From positions 1-59,495 of IMG/VR virus record IMGVR_UViG_3300020454_000016: 59,495 bases of DNA; one strand, given 5' to 3'. The position numbers and the translations under genes were made by a program. Source of the stretch: a virus. Lineage: Duplodnaviria > Caudoviricetes. Positions 1-7,522 of the stretch are shown here, one piece after another. Within the stretch, counting starts at the first letter, position 1, and every line of letters begins with the position of its first letter. The notes beneath the pieces are model-generated. The model made no database searches and was not told where the DNA came from. It saw only the letters and a program-made list of their open reading frames with translations.

Positions 1-84
1 GTTGATGGGTCTATCAATTTGAAACATACCGATATCACCACCCCATCTGATCATATCATTTAATTCATTCTTTGTGTATAACAT
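1..84 (-). CDS. N-terminal fragment of an early protein running off the window start (MLYTKNELNDMIRWGGDIGMFQIDRPIN...)
   Basis: ATG at 84-82 with AAGGA SD and a consensus promoter at 157-185; no stop before base 1. Confidence 0.6.
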   Translation of the reverse strand, partial: MLYTKNELNDMIRWGGDIGMFQIDRPIN

Positions 85-101
85 TCTGCTATTCCTTATT
101 T

Positions 102-125
102 CAAGTTTGCCACGTGGCAATGTTG
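102..125 (+). repeat. 24-bp quasi-palindrome copy 1 (CAAGTTTGCCACGTGGCAATGTTG)
   Basis: Exact sequence read; 14-bp perfect palindromic core at 107-120. Confidence 0.97.
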
Positions 126-156
126 GGTTAACTGTGTAAAAAACTAATTATTCTTT

Positions 157-185
157 AATATAGCATAGCCACACATTGATGTCAA
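157..185 (-). promoter_or_regulatory. sigma70-type promoter TTGACA-N17-TATATT
   Basis: Perfect -35, 17-bp spacer, TG-extended -10 on the minus strand. Confidence 0.8.
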
Positions 186-278
186 ACCGATTTGCTTAAA
201 TAACCACACTAAGTTGAAATGCCCCCACCCCCACCCCAAAACCTATCATCACTATTTTTGAGTGAGAAAAGTTGGCAT

Positions 279-312
279 AAAAAAAAAAGGCTACTGAAAT
301 TAATCAATAGCC
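279..312 (-). terminator. Intrinsic terminator after ORF 340-573
   Basis: GGCUAUUGA-UUAAUU-UCAGUAGCC followed by U10. Confidence 0.85.
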
Positions 313-339
313 AATTTAATTTTAAATTTATTTTTGTGG

Positions 340-573
340 TTAGATTTTTTCTAACATAGTCTCAATTATTTGTAATTTATTTGTGTAGTTATCCAATTGC
401 TTTTTATTGTAAATCATAGGTAAATTATTTTCATCTAGAATTTCATTTCTGAAATACTGACACTCTTGAATAACACTATCAATTGAAGCTTGCAAGTGTC
501 TCACTTTTTTTTCACTAGCCATTAATTTTTCAATTAAATTTGCTTCTACTATTTTATAATTTTTATCTAACAT
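340..573 (-). CDS. Hypothetical protein (77 aa, coiled-coil-like)
   Basis: ORF with GAGAG upstream and a terminator downstream; no recognisable motif. Confidence 0.6.
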   Translation of the reverse strand: MLDKNYKIVEANLIEKLMASEKKVRHLQASIDSVIQECQYFRNEILDENNLPMIYNKKQLDNYTNKLQIIETMLEKI

Positions 574-596
574 TTTTTAAACTCTCAATTTAAATT

Positions 597-635
597 AAAT
601 AAAATGTGGCAATGCTAACATTTCAACATTGCCAC
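597..635 (-). terminator. Terminator-like hairpin after ORF 650-1591, overlapping repeat copy 2
   Basis: GUGGCAAUGUUGA-AAUG-UUAGCAUUGCCAC (13 bp, two G-U pairs) followed by AUUUUAUUU. Confidence 0.65.
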
Positions 636-647
636 GTGGCAAACTTG
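624..647 (-). repeat. 24-bp quasi-palindrome copy 2
   Basis: CAACATTGCCACGTGGCAAACTTG, the exact reverse complement of copy 1. Confidence 0.97.
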
Positions 648-649
648 GA

Positions 650-1591
650 TTACTTTTTATTTTCAAAAGTGAAAGCCATATTCATAAGTAAGGCGTGAAC
701 GTCTACTTTTGAAGCTTCAGCCTTTTCACATACATGAGTAATTGCAGTATATATAGCATCTGTTACTGAGCAATTAGTGGCTTTTTTGGTATTTGCTAAG
801 AATACATCAAGTTGATTTTTAAATTGCTCGTCAACTTTTGTTTCATCTAACTTTTCAATTTTTGGTGTATTAGATTTTGAATTACCACCAACAGAAGCTT
901 TTGATGTTCTCGCTGATACATCATTAGTTTTCTTGTCTGTTGTAAGATTCAATTTTTTTGAAACACTACAATATGAAACATATTTATTAGTATTCTTATT
1001 GTAAAATGATCCTACAATATCACTTGTGTCTGTCTTTTCAATACCATTAAAAATTGTATCTGCACCAACAAATTTGTAATTACTATTTTTAATTACAGGA
1101 TCATTATTTATTTTTTCAGCATCAAATAAATTATTCCATATTAAAGCAACAACATGAAAAGAACGTGACCTTGTCATTGATGGTACTAGGTCATAAGCTT
1201 CTTGACCAACTAACTGAATCAAAGCTTCTTTCATTAATTCTGGCTTCATTTCTTTTGGCTTAGATTGTACATTATCAGAATTACATACAGTAATCTTTGA
1301 TCTAATTAAATGATAAGCGTGTGTAGACTGAGCATCAGCAAACTTACCTAAAGCAACTGAGCCATTATAAGCCCTATCAAAATTGTTTTTGCTATAACTA
1401 GCGTACATATTATTCAATATATTATCAGTCTCATTAGTTGAAAAGTATTGACCATCTTTATTGAAATAAGAAAAACATGTCTCTTTTATTGTTGCTGTCA
1501 AGTTAGATACTTTAACATTCTTTGCAACAGTTTTAGTAGAAGCTTTTTTATTAGTTGTTTTTTTAACTGTGTTTGTCATTTTTATTCTCAC
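650..1591 (-). CDS. Hypothetical early protein with Lys/Thr-rich N-terminus (likely start ATG 1579)
   Basis: 313-codon ORF in very AT-rich DNA; no family recognised. Confidence 0.8.
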   Translation of the reverse strand: MRIKMTNTVKKTTNKKASTKTVAKNVKVSNLTATIKETCFSYFNKDGQYFSTNETDNILNNMYASYSKNNFDRAYNGSVALGKFADAQSTHAYHLIRSKITVCNSDNVQSKPKEMKPELMKEALIQLVGQEAYDLVPSMTRSRSFHVVALIWNNLFDAEKINNDPVIKNSNYKFVGADTIFNGIEKTDTSDIVGSFYNKNTNKYVSYCSVSKKLNLTTDKKTNDVSARTSKASVGGNSKSNTPKIEKLDETKVDEQFKNQLDVFLANTKKATNCSVTDAIYTAITHVCEKAEASKVDVHALLMNMAFTFENKK

Positions 1592-1638
1592 TTTTTTGGC
1601 TCATTTTGTCAGAGGTATGTGCCTTAGACCTTAATATT

Positions 1639-1666
1639 AATATAAGTGTTTATTTAAATAATTCAA
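1639..1666 (-). promoter_or_regulatory. Possible sigma70 promoter TTGAAT-N16-TATATT
   Basis: Upstream of ORF 650-1591; AT-rich context lowers specificity. Confidence 0.4.
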
Positions 1667-1719
1667 GTGTTTCAAGTAAAATAATTTAAATAAAATGAAA
1701 TTAATTTATTGTATCATTT

Positions 1720-1743
1720 CAAGTTTGCCACGTGGCAATGTTG
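1720..1743 (+). repeat. 24-bp quasi-palindrome copy 3
   Basis: Identical to copy 1, with shared flanks ATTT...G. Confidence 0.97.
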
Positions 1744-2118
1744 GATAATGTTGTACACATTTTCAAGGGGTGTCCTTTTGTTTTCGTGGGGGTGTACTTT
1801 TTTGGTGGTGGTTTTTGGTGTAACAGATATAAAATCAGTTTATCAAAATATTTAAATGATTCATTTAATTGAATTTTCATTTTATATTCTCATTTAAAAA
1901 ATATGTTTTACTGCAAGCTTAAAATTGTTGCACCAAAAATGACCTCCTGCAATTTCGGGTTTTGGGGTAGGGCAGGCGACACACCCGGTTGGTACGTATG
2001 TGTTCACAGAACCCTACACAGATCAGGAAAAAGGGGTGTTAACCACTTATGTTGCACAAATACCACATTGTACTAGGGTCACAATATAAAAATAATGGTG
2101 TTTTCTTCATTTTAGGGG

Positions 2119-2148
2119 TTGACAACTTGAATTTAATGTGTAAAACTA
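2119..2148 (+). promoter_or_regulatory. Putative rightward promoter TTGACA-N10-AATGTGTAAAACTA (copy A)
   Basis: Perfect -35; the same downstream 14-mer recurs at identical spacing at 2252-2281. Confidence 0.55.
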
Positions 2149-2251
2149 CCCATTAAGGGTGTTACAATTAAAGATGATTTAAAAAAACTTTATTAATACA
2201 CCTATATGTACACTTAAATGCAATAAATGTACAATATATTGAAAATAATGC

Positions 2252-2281
2252 TTGACAATGAAAAAGAAATGTGTAAAACTA
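2252..2281 (+). promoter_or_regulatory. Putative rightward promoter (copy B)
   Basis: TTGACA-N10-AATGTGTAAAACTA, duplicate architecture of 2119-2148. Confidence 0.5.
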
Positions 2282-2533
2282 TATAACTATACCTCTGTAT
2301 TAGACAGATATTATAATGCCCTTATATCTAAAGGAAGCATTAGCAACATCAAAAACATGCATATACCTGTATCTGATGTATTCTATGTGCAAAAAGCAAT
2401 AGAAATGAACACAGGTGTTAAATATAGCCTAGATCATGTAGAAAGAGCTATGTATTTAGAGGGTCATCTGAGTGCATCAGATGTATTAGACCCTAGTGTA
2501 CCACGAGGATACTGTAGTTATGATAACACCTGA
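2258..2533 (+). CDS. Hypothetical phage protein
   Basis: First ORF of the + strand arm; start uncertain (TTG 2252 or ATG 2258). Confidence 0.7.
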   Translation: MKKKCVKLYNYTSVLDRYYNALISKGSISNIKNMHIPVSDVFYVQKAIEMNTGVKYSLDHVERAMYLEGHLSASDVLDPSVPRGYCSYDNT

Positions 2534-2762
2534 AAAGTTAGACTCATGGAGAATCGTGCCTAGAGCATTAATCCTGTCGTACATGGTCGTATTTTATCAA
2601 ACATGCAGTTGGTTTATGAATCTCGCAGAGCCAAACAATGCTCAAGCAGGTTTTGTATCTGTTGTAGTAGGAGCAGGTGCCGCTTGGTTTGGTTTATACG
2701 TAAATGGTGGAAAATCACGAGTTGAGGTTTCATCTAAAGTTGAGCAAAGGGAGAATATATAA
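2520..2762 (+). CDS. Small two-TM membrane protein (possible holin)
   Basis: Two hydrophobic segments (RALILSYMVVFY; AGFVSVVVGAGAAWFGLYV); ATG 2520 overlaps the previous gene end. Confidence 0.7.
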   Translation: MITPEKLDSWRIVPRALILSYMVVFYQTCSWFMNLAEPNNAQAGFVSVVVGAGAAWFGLYVNGGKSRVEVSSKVEQRENI

Positions 2763-2902
2763 TGTGGGGAAGAGTATTAGATTTTTTTAGTTCACGGGGT
2801 GAAGGTACTGCGTGGGATTTAGATTATGGTAAATTAATTATCATAGGTCTATGTATATATATTGCAATCGCTGTAAGTGGTTGTCATTCAATTGGAGGTT
2901 AG
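2762..2902 (+). CDS. 46-aa membrane peptide (not in ORF track)
   Basis: TAATG coupling, GGAG SD, hydrophobic C-terminal half ending in IAVSGCHSIGG. Confidence 0.65.
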   Translation: MWGRVLDFFSSRGEGTAWDLDYGKLIIIGLCIYIAIAVSGCHSIGG

Positions 2903-2934
2903 TGGCTACTTTTCGGTGTGCGAGTAGCCATTTT
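2902..2934 (+). terminator. Hairpin, possible intrinsic terminator
   Basis: GTGGCTACT...AGTAGCCAT followed by TTT. Confidence 0.45.
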
Positions 2935-2951
2935 AATTATAGGAGATACTA

Positions 2952-3035
2952 ATGATACATTTTTATCCTGTACCTTGTCCTCATTGTCCTACTAAACAGG
3001 AATGTAGGGATAATGGTAAGTGTGCGAAGGAGTAG
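2952..3035 (+). CDS. 27-aa Cys-rich microprotein (not in ORF track)
   Basis: AGGAG SD; MIHFYPVPCPHCPTKQECRDNGKCAKE. Confidence 0.6.
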   Translation: MIHFYPVPCPHCPTKQECRDNGKCAKE

Positions 3036-3038
3036 TTG

Positions 3039-3206
3039 ATGGCAGTAAATGCAGCAAAAAACTACACGCAACCTAAAAAGCGTAAAGCTATATTTAATAG
3101 AATTAAAGCAGGGAGTAAGGGTGGAAAACCTGGTCAATGGTCTGCCCGTAAAGCTCAAATGTTAGCCAAGCAATATAAAGCTTCTGGTGGTGGTTATAAA
3201 TCGTAA
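3039..3206 (+). CDS. 55-aa basic protein, DUF5872-like N-terminal half (not in ORF track)
   Basis: GGKPGQWSARKAQMLAKQYKASGGGY motif; AAGGAG SD. Confidence 0.8.
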   Translation: MAVNAAKNYTQPKKRKAIFNRIKAGSKGGKPGQWSARKAQMLAKQYKASGGGYKS

Positions 3207-3218
3207 AGGAGATACAGT

Positions 3219-3383
3219 ATGCCGCAAGGAAAAGGAACTTATGGATCAAAGGTGGGAAGACCACCAAAAAAGAAAACAGGAATGATGTATGGTGGAATGG
3301 CATCTAAGAAAAAAGATATGATGAAGATGGGTATGTCTAAAGGTGGTAGTCCGAAAAAAAAAATGACAAGAAAGGGTGCGTAA
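3219..3383 (+). CDS. 54-aa Lys/Met/Gly-rich protein (not in ORF track)
   Basis: AAGGAG SD; MPQGKGTYGSKVGRPPKKK...; AT-hook-like GRPPK. Confidence 0.8.
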   Translation: MPQGKGTYGSKVGRPPKKKTGMMYGGMASKKKDMMKMGMSKGGSPKKKMTRKGA

Positions 3384-3404
3384 CAATCGCAATTGTATCA
3401 ACTA

Positions 3405-3641
3405 ATGGCACTCGCAAAAAGTCAAAAAAGTCTTAAAGATTGGGGCAAGCAAAAGTGGAGAACATCTTCAGGTAAACCTTCAAAAGGTAAGCGAAGATAT
3501 CTCCCTGATGCTGCTTGGAAATCATTGAGTGCGTCAGAGAAGGCGGCTACTAATAAAGCTAAAGCTAAAGGCAATAGACAAGGTAAGCAATTTGTAAAGC
3601 AACCTAAAAAAATTGCGAAAAAAACGAGAGCATACAGATAA
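3405..3641 (+). CDS. Basic protein, DUF5872-like C-terminal half
   Basis: QKSLKDWGKQKWRT...RYLPDAAW...GKQFVKQP motif. Confidence 0.75.
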   Translation: MALAKSQKSLKDWGKQKWRTSSGKPSKGKRRYLPDAAWKSLSASEKAATNKAKAKGNRQGKQFVKQPKKIAKKTRAYR

Positions 3642-3922
3642 TGGCTACATCACCAGCATGGCAAAGAAAAGAAGGTAAATCTAAAAGTGGTGGACTCAAT
3701 GCAAAAGGAGTCGCATCTTATAGACGAGCTAATCCTGGATCTAAGTTAAAAACAGCAGTTACTACTAAACCTTCTAAATTAAAGAAGGGTTCTAAAGCTG
3801 CAAACAGACGAAAATCTTTTTGTTCTAGAATGAAAGGAATGAAATCAAAGTTGACCTCTGCAAAAACAGCTAGAGATCCTGATTCTAGAATTAATAAATC
3901 ATTGAGGAAATGGAATTGTTAG
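3641..3922 (+). CDS. Basic phage protein (DUF6321-like)
   Basis: GGLNAKG...NPGSKLK...RRKSFCSRM...LRKWNC pattern. Confidence 0.75.
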   Translation: MATSPAWQRKEGKSKSGGLNAKGVASYRRANPGSKLKTAVTTKPSKLKKGSKAANRRKSFCSRMKGMKSKLTSAKTARDPDSRINKSLRKWNC

Positions 3923-4284
3923 GTAGTATTACAACAATACTAAGTTCAGTTGGTGGACTCGCTACAAGTTACATAGATGGGAAGACGGCTGTGCAAAAAG
4001 CTGAAGCACAGATTCGTATGAAGGAAGCAACAGGCGAAATTGATTGGGAGCTTGCTGCTATACGTGCTACACAAAGCAGCTGGAAAGATGAATGGCTAAC
4101 AATTTTGTTCTCTCTCCCGCTGATTCTATGTTTCTGCGGTGATTGGGGGCGACAGATCGTGACTGATGGGTTTATTGCATTGCAGAATATGCCGGATTGG
4201 TATCAGATAAGTTTGGGGGCGATAGTAGCTGCATCGTTTGGGGTTCGATCTGTTAGTAAGTTTTTTGGAATGAAGAAGAGGTGA
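3910..4284 (+). CDS. Holin, 3TM GTA-holin-like
   Basis: SWKDEW motif, hydrophobic segments, next to the endolysin. Confidence 0.7.
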   Translation: MELLGSITTILSSVGGLATSYIDGKTAVQKAEAQIRMKEATGEIDWELAAIRATQSSWKDEWLTILFSLPLILCFCGDWGRQIVTDGFIALQNMPDWYQISLGAIVAASFGVRSVSKFFGMKKR

Positions 4285-4484
4285 TACACATTCGCTATGT
4301 GCAAAATTACATAGGCGATAAAAGGTATCCATTAGACAGTTTAAAGCATAAGAGTGATCACGTTAGAAGAAGAGAGATGAGAAATGAGTTATACATTAAG
4401 TACAAGAAGTTTAGAGAGATTGAACGGCGTAAACGAATCATTAGTGAATATCGTAAAAAACGCAATAAAGACGACAAAAGTTGA
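4281..4484 (+). CDS. Possible small basic protein overlapping the endolysin start
   Basis: GTGA overlap with the holin stop; fills the gap to 4384. Confidence 0.35.
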   Translation: MIHIRYVQNYIGDKRYPLDSLKHKSDHVRRREMRNELYIKYKKFREIERRKRIISEYRKKRNKDDKS

Positions 4485-4851
4485 TTTTGGAGTCACTTGC
4501 GGTTTGCGGACAAAAAGTGAGCAGGCTGAGTTAGTCAAAAAGGGTGCGTCACAAACAATGAACTCCCGTCATCTGCCACAAGAAGCAACAGGCATGAGCC
4601 ATGCAGTCGATTTAGTCGCTTATATTTCAGGACGAGTATCGTGGGAGTTGAATCTGTACGATGACATTGCTGATGCTATAAAAGATGCAGCCATTAAAGA
4701 AGGTAAATCTATTCGATGGGGAGCAGCGTGGCATAAGCCTTTGAACGAGTGGGATGGTACTGCTGGAGATTTGATGAATGAATATATAGATAAACGCCGG
4801 TCGCAAGGCAGACGGCCGTTCATAGATGCCCCACATTTTGAGTTAGTATAA
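4384..4851 (+). CDS. Endolysin, M15 family (L-Ala-D-Glu) peptidase
   Basis: GLRT..Q, SRH, AVD, IRWG and DAPHFEL motifs. Confidence 0.9.
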   Translation: MSYTLSTRSLERLNGVNESLVNIVKNAIKTTKVDFGVTCGLRTKSEQAELVKKGASQTMNSRHLPQEATGMSHAVDLVAYISGRVSWELNLYDDIADAIKDAAIKEGKSIRWGAAWHKPLNEWDGTAGDLMNEYIDKRRSQGRRPFIDAPHFELV

Positions 4852-5072
4852 TGGGTATGTGGCTTCCAATTATATTGATGTGTTCATCACCTTATGCACA
4901 GACTTGTACTGTTATAACAGGTTTAGAACTTGTTGCAACACAGAAACAATGTTTTGAAGAGTCGATAAAAAAAGCAAAGATAGCAATGGAGAGTCCTACT
5001 GTCTTTCAAGCAAAACCGATGTGTCAGATTATACCTAATAAAGTATTGCCAGAAAAAGGAAAAGATATATAA
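4851..5072 (+). CDS. Small Cys-containing protein with hydrophobic N-terminus
   Basis: TAATG coupling on both sides; four Cys. Confidence 0.7.
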   Translation: MGMWLPIILMCSSPYAQTCTVITGLELVATQKQCFEESIKKAKIAMESPTVFQAKPMCQIIPNKVLPEKGKDI

Positions 5073-5446
5073 TGCCAAGAGAGTTGACAGAAAAGCAAAG
5101 ATTGTTCTTAGATGTTTTGTTTGACAAAGCACAAGGCAGTATTGTGCAAGCTAAAAAATTAGCAGGTTATTCAGATGGTACATCATCTTCTGAAGTTGTT
5201 CGTAGTTTAAAAGATGAAATTAATGAAGCGACTAGAGAATACTTAGCCCGTGTAGCTCCTAAAGCTGCCTTTTCAATGGCTAATGTCTTAGATGATCCTA
5301 CAGAGTTAGGCATTAAAGAAAAGATAGTTGCAGCTAAAGATTTGTTAGATAGAACAGGACATGCTAAAACTGAAAAGATGGAAGTAAGTTCATCTACAGG
5401 TTTGTTTATATTGCCACCTAAAGATTCAGATGCCCCACAGACGTAA
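5072..5446 (+). CDS. terS: Terminase small subunit (putative)
   Basis: LTEKQRLFL...AKKLAGYS HTH pattern, AAKDLLDRTG, upstream of terL. Confidence 0.7.
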   Translation: MPRELTEKQRLFLDVLFDKAQGSIVQAKKLAGYSDGTSSSEVVRSLKDEINEATREYLARVAPKAAFSMANVLDDPTELGIKEKIVAAKDLLDRTGHAKTEKMEVSSSTGLFILPPKDSDAPQT

Positions 5447-5681
5447 CTATAAAAAAGAATATAAGCAATATCACGAAACACCTTTACAGAAAAAGAAAAG
5501 GGCATCTCGTAATAAAGCAAGAAGATCTTTTGAAAAAGCAGGTTTAGTATCTAAAGGTGATGGCAAACATGTAGATCATAAAGATATGAATCCATTAAAT
5601 AATTCAAAGAAAAATTTGCGAATCTTAGCTAAAAGAAGAAATGTAAGAATGCAACCTAAAACTAAGACTAGGAGAAAATGA
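5430..5681 (+). CDS. HNH endonuclease-like protein
   Basis: KGDGKHVDHKDMNPLNNSKKNLR. Confidence 0.75.
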   Translation: MPHRRNYKKEYKQYHETPLQKKKRASRNKARRSFEKAGLVSKGDGKHVDHKDMNPLNNSKKNLRILAKRRNVRMQPKTKTRRK

Positions 5682-6085
5682 AGACAGAAAGTATAGGATA
5701 TTGGGATTTACCACAGCCTGATATAAAAGGTTACACAGATCAATGGTTGCCTATTCCTAAAATGGCAAGAACGATACCATTTGGTTATGTAGAAGATCCT
5801 GATGATTCAACTATTCTTAGACCTATTAAAAATGAATTAGATGCACTTGAAAAAGCTAAAAGGTATTTAGGACAATATAGTTATAGAGAAATAGCTAATT
5901 GGTTGTCTAAGCAAACAGGACGATACATATCACACGTAGGATTGAGAAAACGAGTACAAGATGAACGAAGACGTAAGAAAACAGCTTCAGTTAAACGTCA
6001 GTATGCCAAAAGGTACGAAGAAATCATCAAAGCGGCAGAAAAAATTGAAACCGAAAGAGTCGGTGCAAGTAAAACCACAGATTGA
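5678..6085 (+). CDS. DNA-binding protein resembling the serine-recombinase DNA-binding domain
   Basis: IPFGY motif followed by SYREIANWLS helix; no catalytic domain. Confidence 0.6.
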   Translation: MKTESIGYWDLPQPDIKGYTDQWLPIPKMARTIPFGYVEDPDDSTILRPIKNELDALEKAKRYLGQYSYREIANWLSKQTGRYISHVGLRKRVQDERRRKKTASVKRQYAKRYEEIIKAAEKIETERVGASKTTD

Positions 6086-7520
6086 AGAAATCAAAGTTCC
6101 TGAAACAAAGTCTGATCCATATGAGGGCAGACAGGTTATATTTGAACCTAATCCTGGTCCACAGACAGAGTTTCTAGCATCTATTGAACGAGAAGTGTTA
6201 TATGGCGGTTCTGCAGGAGGGGGCAAGTCGTATGCAATGTTAGCGGATCCATTACGCTATATTATGCATCCTCAATTTTCAGGATTGTTAGTTAGACATA
6301 CAACTGAAGAATTAAGAGAACTTGTTTGGAAATCACAAGAACTGTATCCTAAAGTTATACCTAATATAAAATGGTCAGAACGAAAGATGCAATGGGTAGC
6401 TCCTTCAGGTGGCAGATTATGGTTTTCATATCTAGATAGAGAAGAAGACGTATTAAGATATCAAGGTTTAGCATTTAGTTGGATTGGATTTGATGAGCTT
6501 ACACAATGGTCTACACCTTTTGCATGGAACTATTTACGTTCACGTTTACGTACTGCTAGTCCTGACTTGCCTATCTTTATGAGAGCAACTACAAACCCCG
6601 GTGGTATAGGACATCAATGGGTTAAGAAAATGTTTATTGATCCTTCTCCATATAATAGATCATTTTGGGCAACAGATATAGAAACAGGTGAAAATCTTTC
6701 ATATCCTAAAGGACATAGTAAAGAAGGTCAACCATTATTTAAACGTAGATTTATACCAGCTAGATTATTTGACAATCCATATTTAGCTGAATCAGGTGAA
6801 TACGAAACAATGCTATTATCTTTACCTGAACATCAAAGAAAACAATTACTAGAAGGGGATTGGGATGTTAATGAAGGTGCCGCTTTTTCAGAGTTTAATA
6901 GAGATATTCATGTCGTTGATCCATTTTCTATTCCGAAAACTTGGAAGAGATTTAGGGCTTGTGACTATGGGTATGGAAGTTATAGTGGCATATTGTGGTT
7001 TGCTATAAGTCCTAGTGATCAGTTAGTAGTATACAGAGAATTATATGTAAAGAAAGTATTAGCTACAGATTTAGCTGATATGATATTAGATTTAGAACAA
7101 GAAGATGGTACTATTCTTTATGGTGTGTTGGACTCTAGCCTTTGGCATAAGCGTGGCGATCCTGGTCCATCTTTGGCTGAACAAATGATTATGCGTGGTT
7201 GTAGATGGCGACCATCAGATAGAAGTAAGGGAAGTCGAGTATCAGGTAAGAACGAGATACATAGACGTTTACAAGTAGATGATTTTACAGAAGAGCCTAG
7301 ACTAGTTTTTTTTAATACTTGTACGAATGTTATTGCACAGTTACCAGCATTACCACTTGATAAAAAGAATCCTGAAGACGTAGACACAAATGCAGAAGAT
7401 CACTTATACGATGCTTTGCGTTATGGTGTTATGACAAGACCTAGAAGTAACATTTTTGACTTTGATCCTTTAACACAAAATCAAGGTTTTCAAGTTGCAG
7501 ATACTAAATTTGGATATTAA
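5961..7520 (+). CDS. terL: Terminase large subunit (real start possibly GTG 6063)
   Basis: Walker A YGGSAGGGKS, Walker B IGFDELTQW, ATTNPGG, nuclease CDYG and DHLYDALRY. Confidence 0.95.
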   Translation: MNEDVRKQLQLNVSMPKGTKKSSKRQKKLKPKESVQVKPQIEEIKVPETKSDPYEGRQVIFEPNPGPQTEFLASIEREVLYGGSAGGGKSYAMLADPLRYIMHPQFSGLLVRHTTEELRELVWKSQELYPKVIPNIKWSERKMQWVAPSGGRLWFSYLDREEDVLRYQGLAFSWIGFDELTQWSTPFAWNYLRSRLRTASPDLPIFMRATTNPGGIGHQWVKKMFIDPSPYNRSFWATDIETGENLSYPKGHSKEGQPLFKRRFIPARLFDNPYLAESGEYETMLLSLPEHQRKQLLEGDWDVNEGAAFSEFNRDIHVVDPFSIPKTWKRFRACDYGYGSYSGILWFAISPSDQLVVYRELYVKKVLATDLADMILDLEQEDGTILYGVLDSSLWHKRGDPGPSLAEQMIMRGCRWRPSDRSKGSRVSGKNEIHRRLQVDDFTEEPRLVFFNTCTNVIAQLPALPLDKKNPEDVDTNAEDHLYDALRYGVMTRPRSNIFDFDPLTQNQGFQVADTKFGY

Positions 7521-7522
7521 AT

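Noticed and set aside
102-1743. Palindromic repeats as a CRISPR array
   Set aside because: Spacing is irregular (0.5-5.5 kb), orientations are mixed and genes lie between copies. The Cas4-like nuclease sits in the replication operon with no other cas genes.
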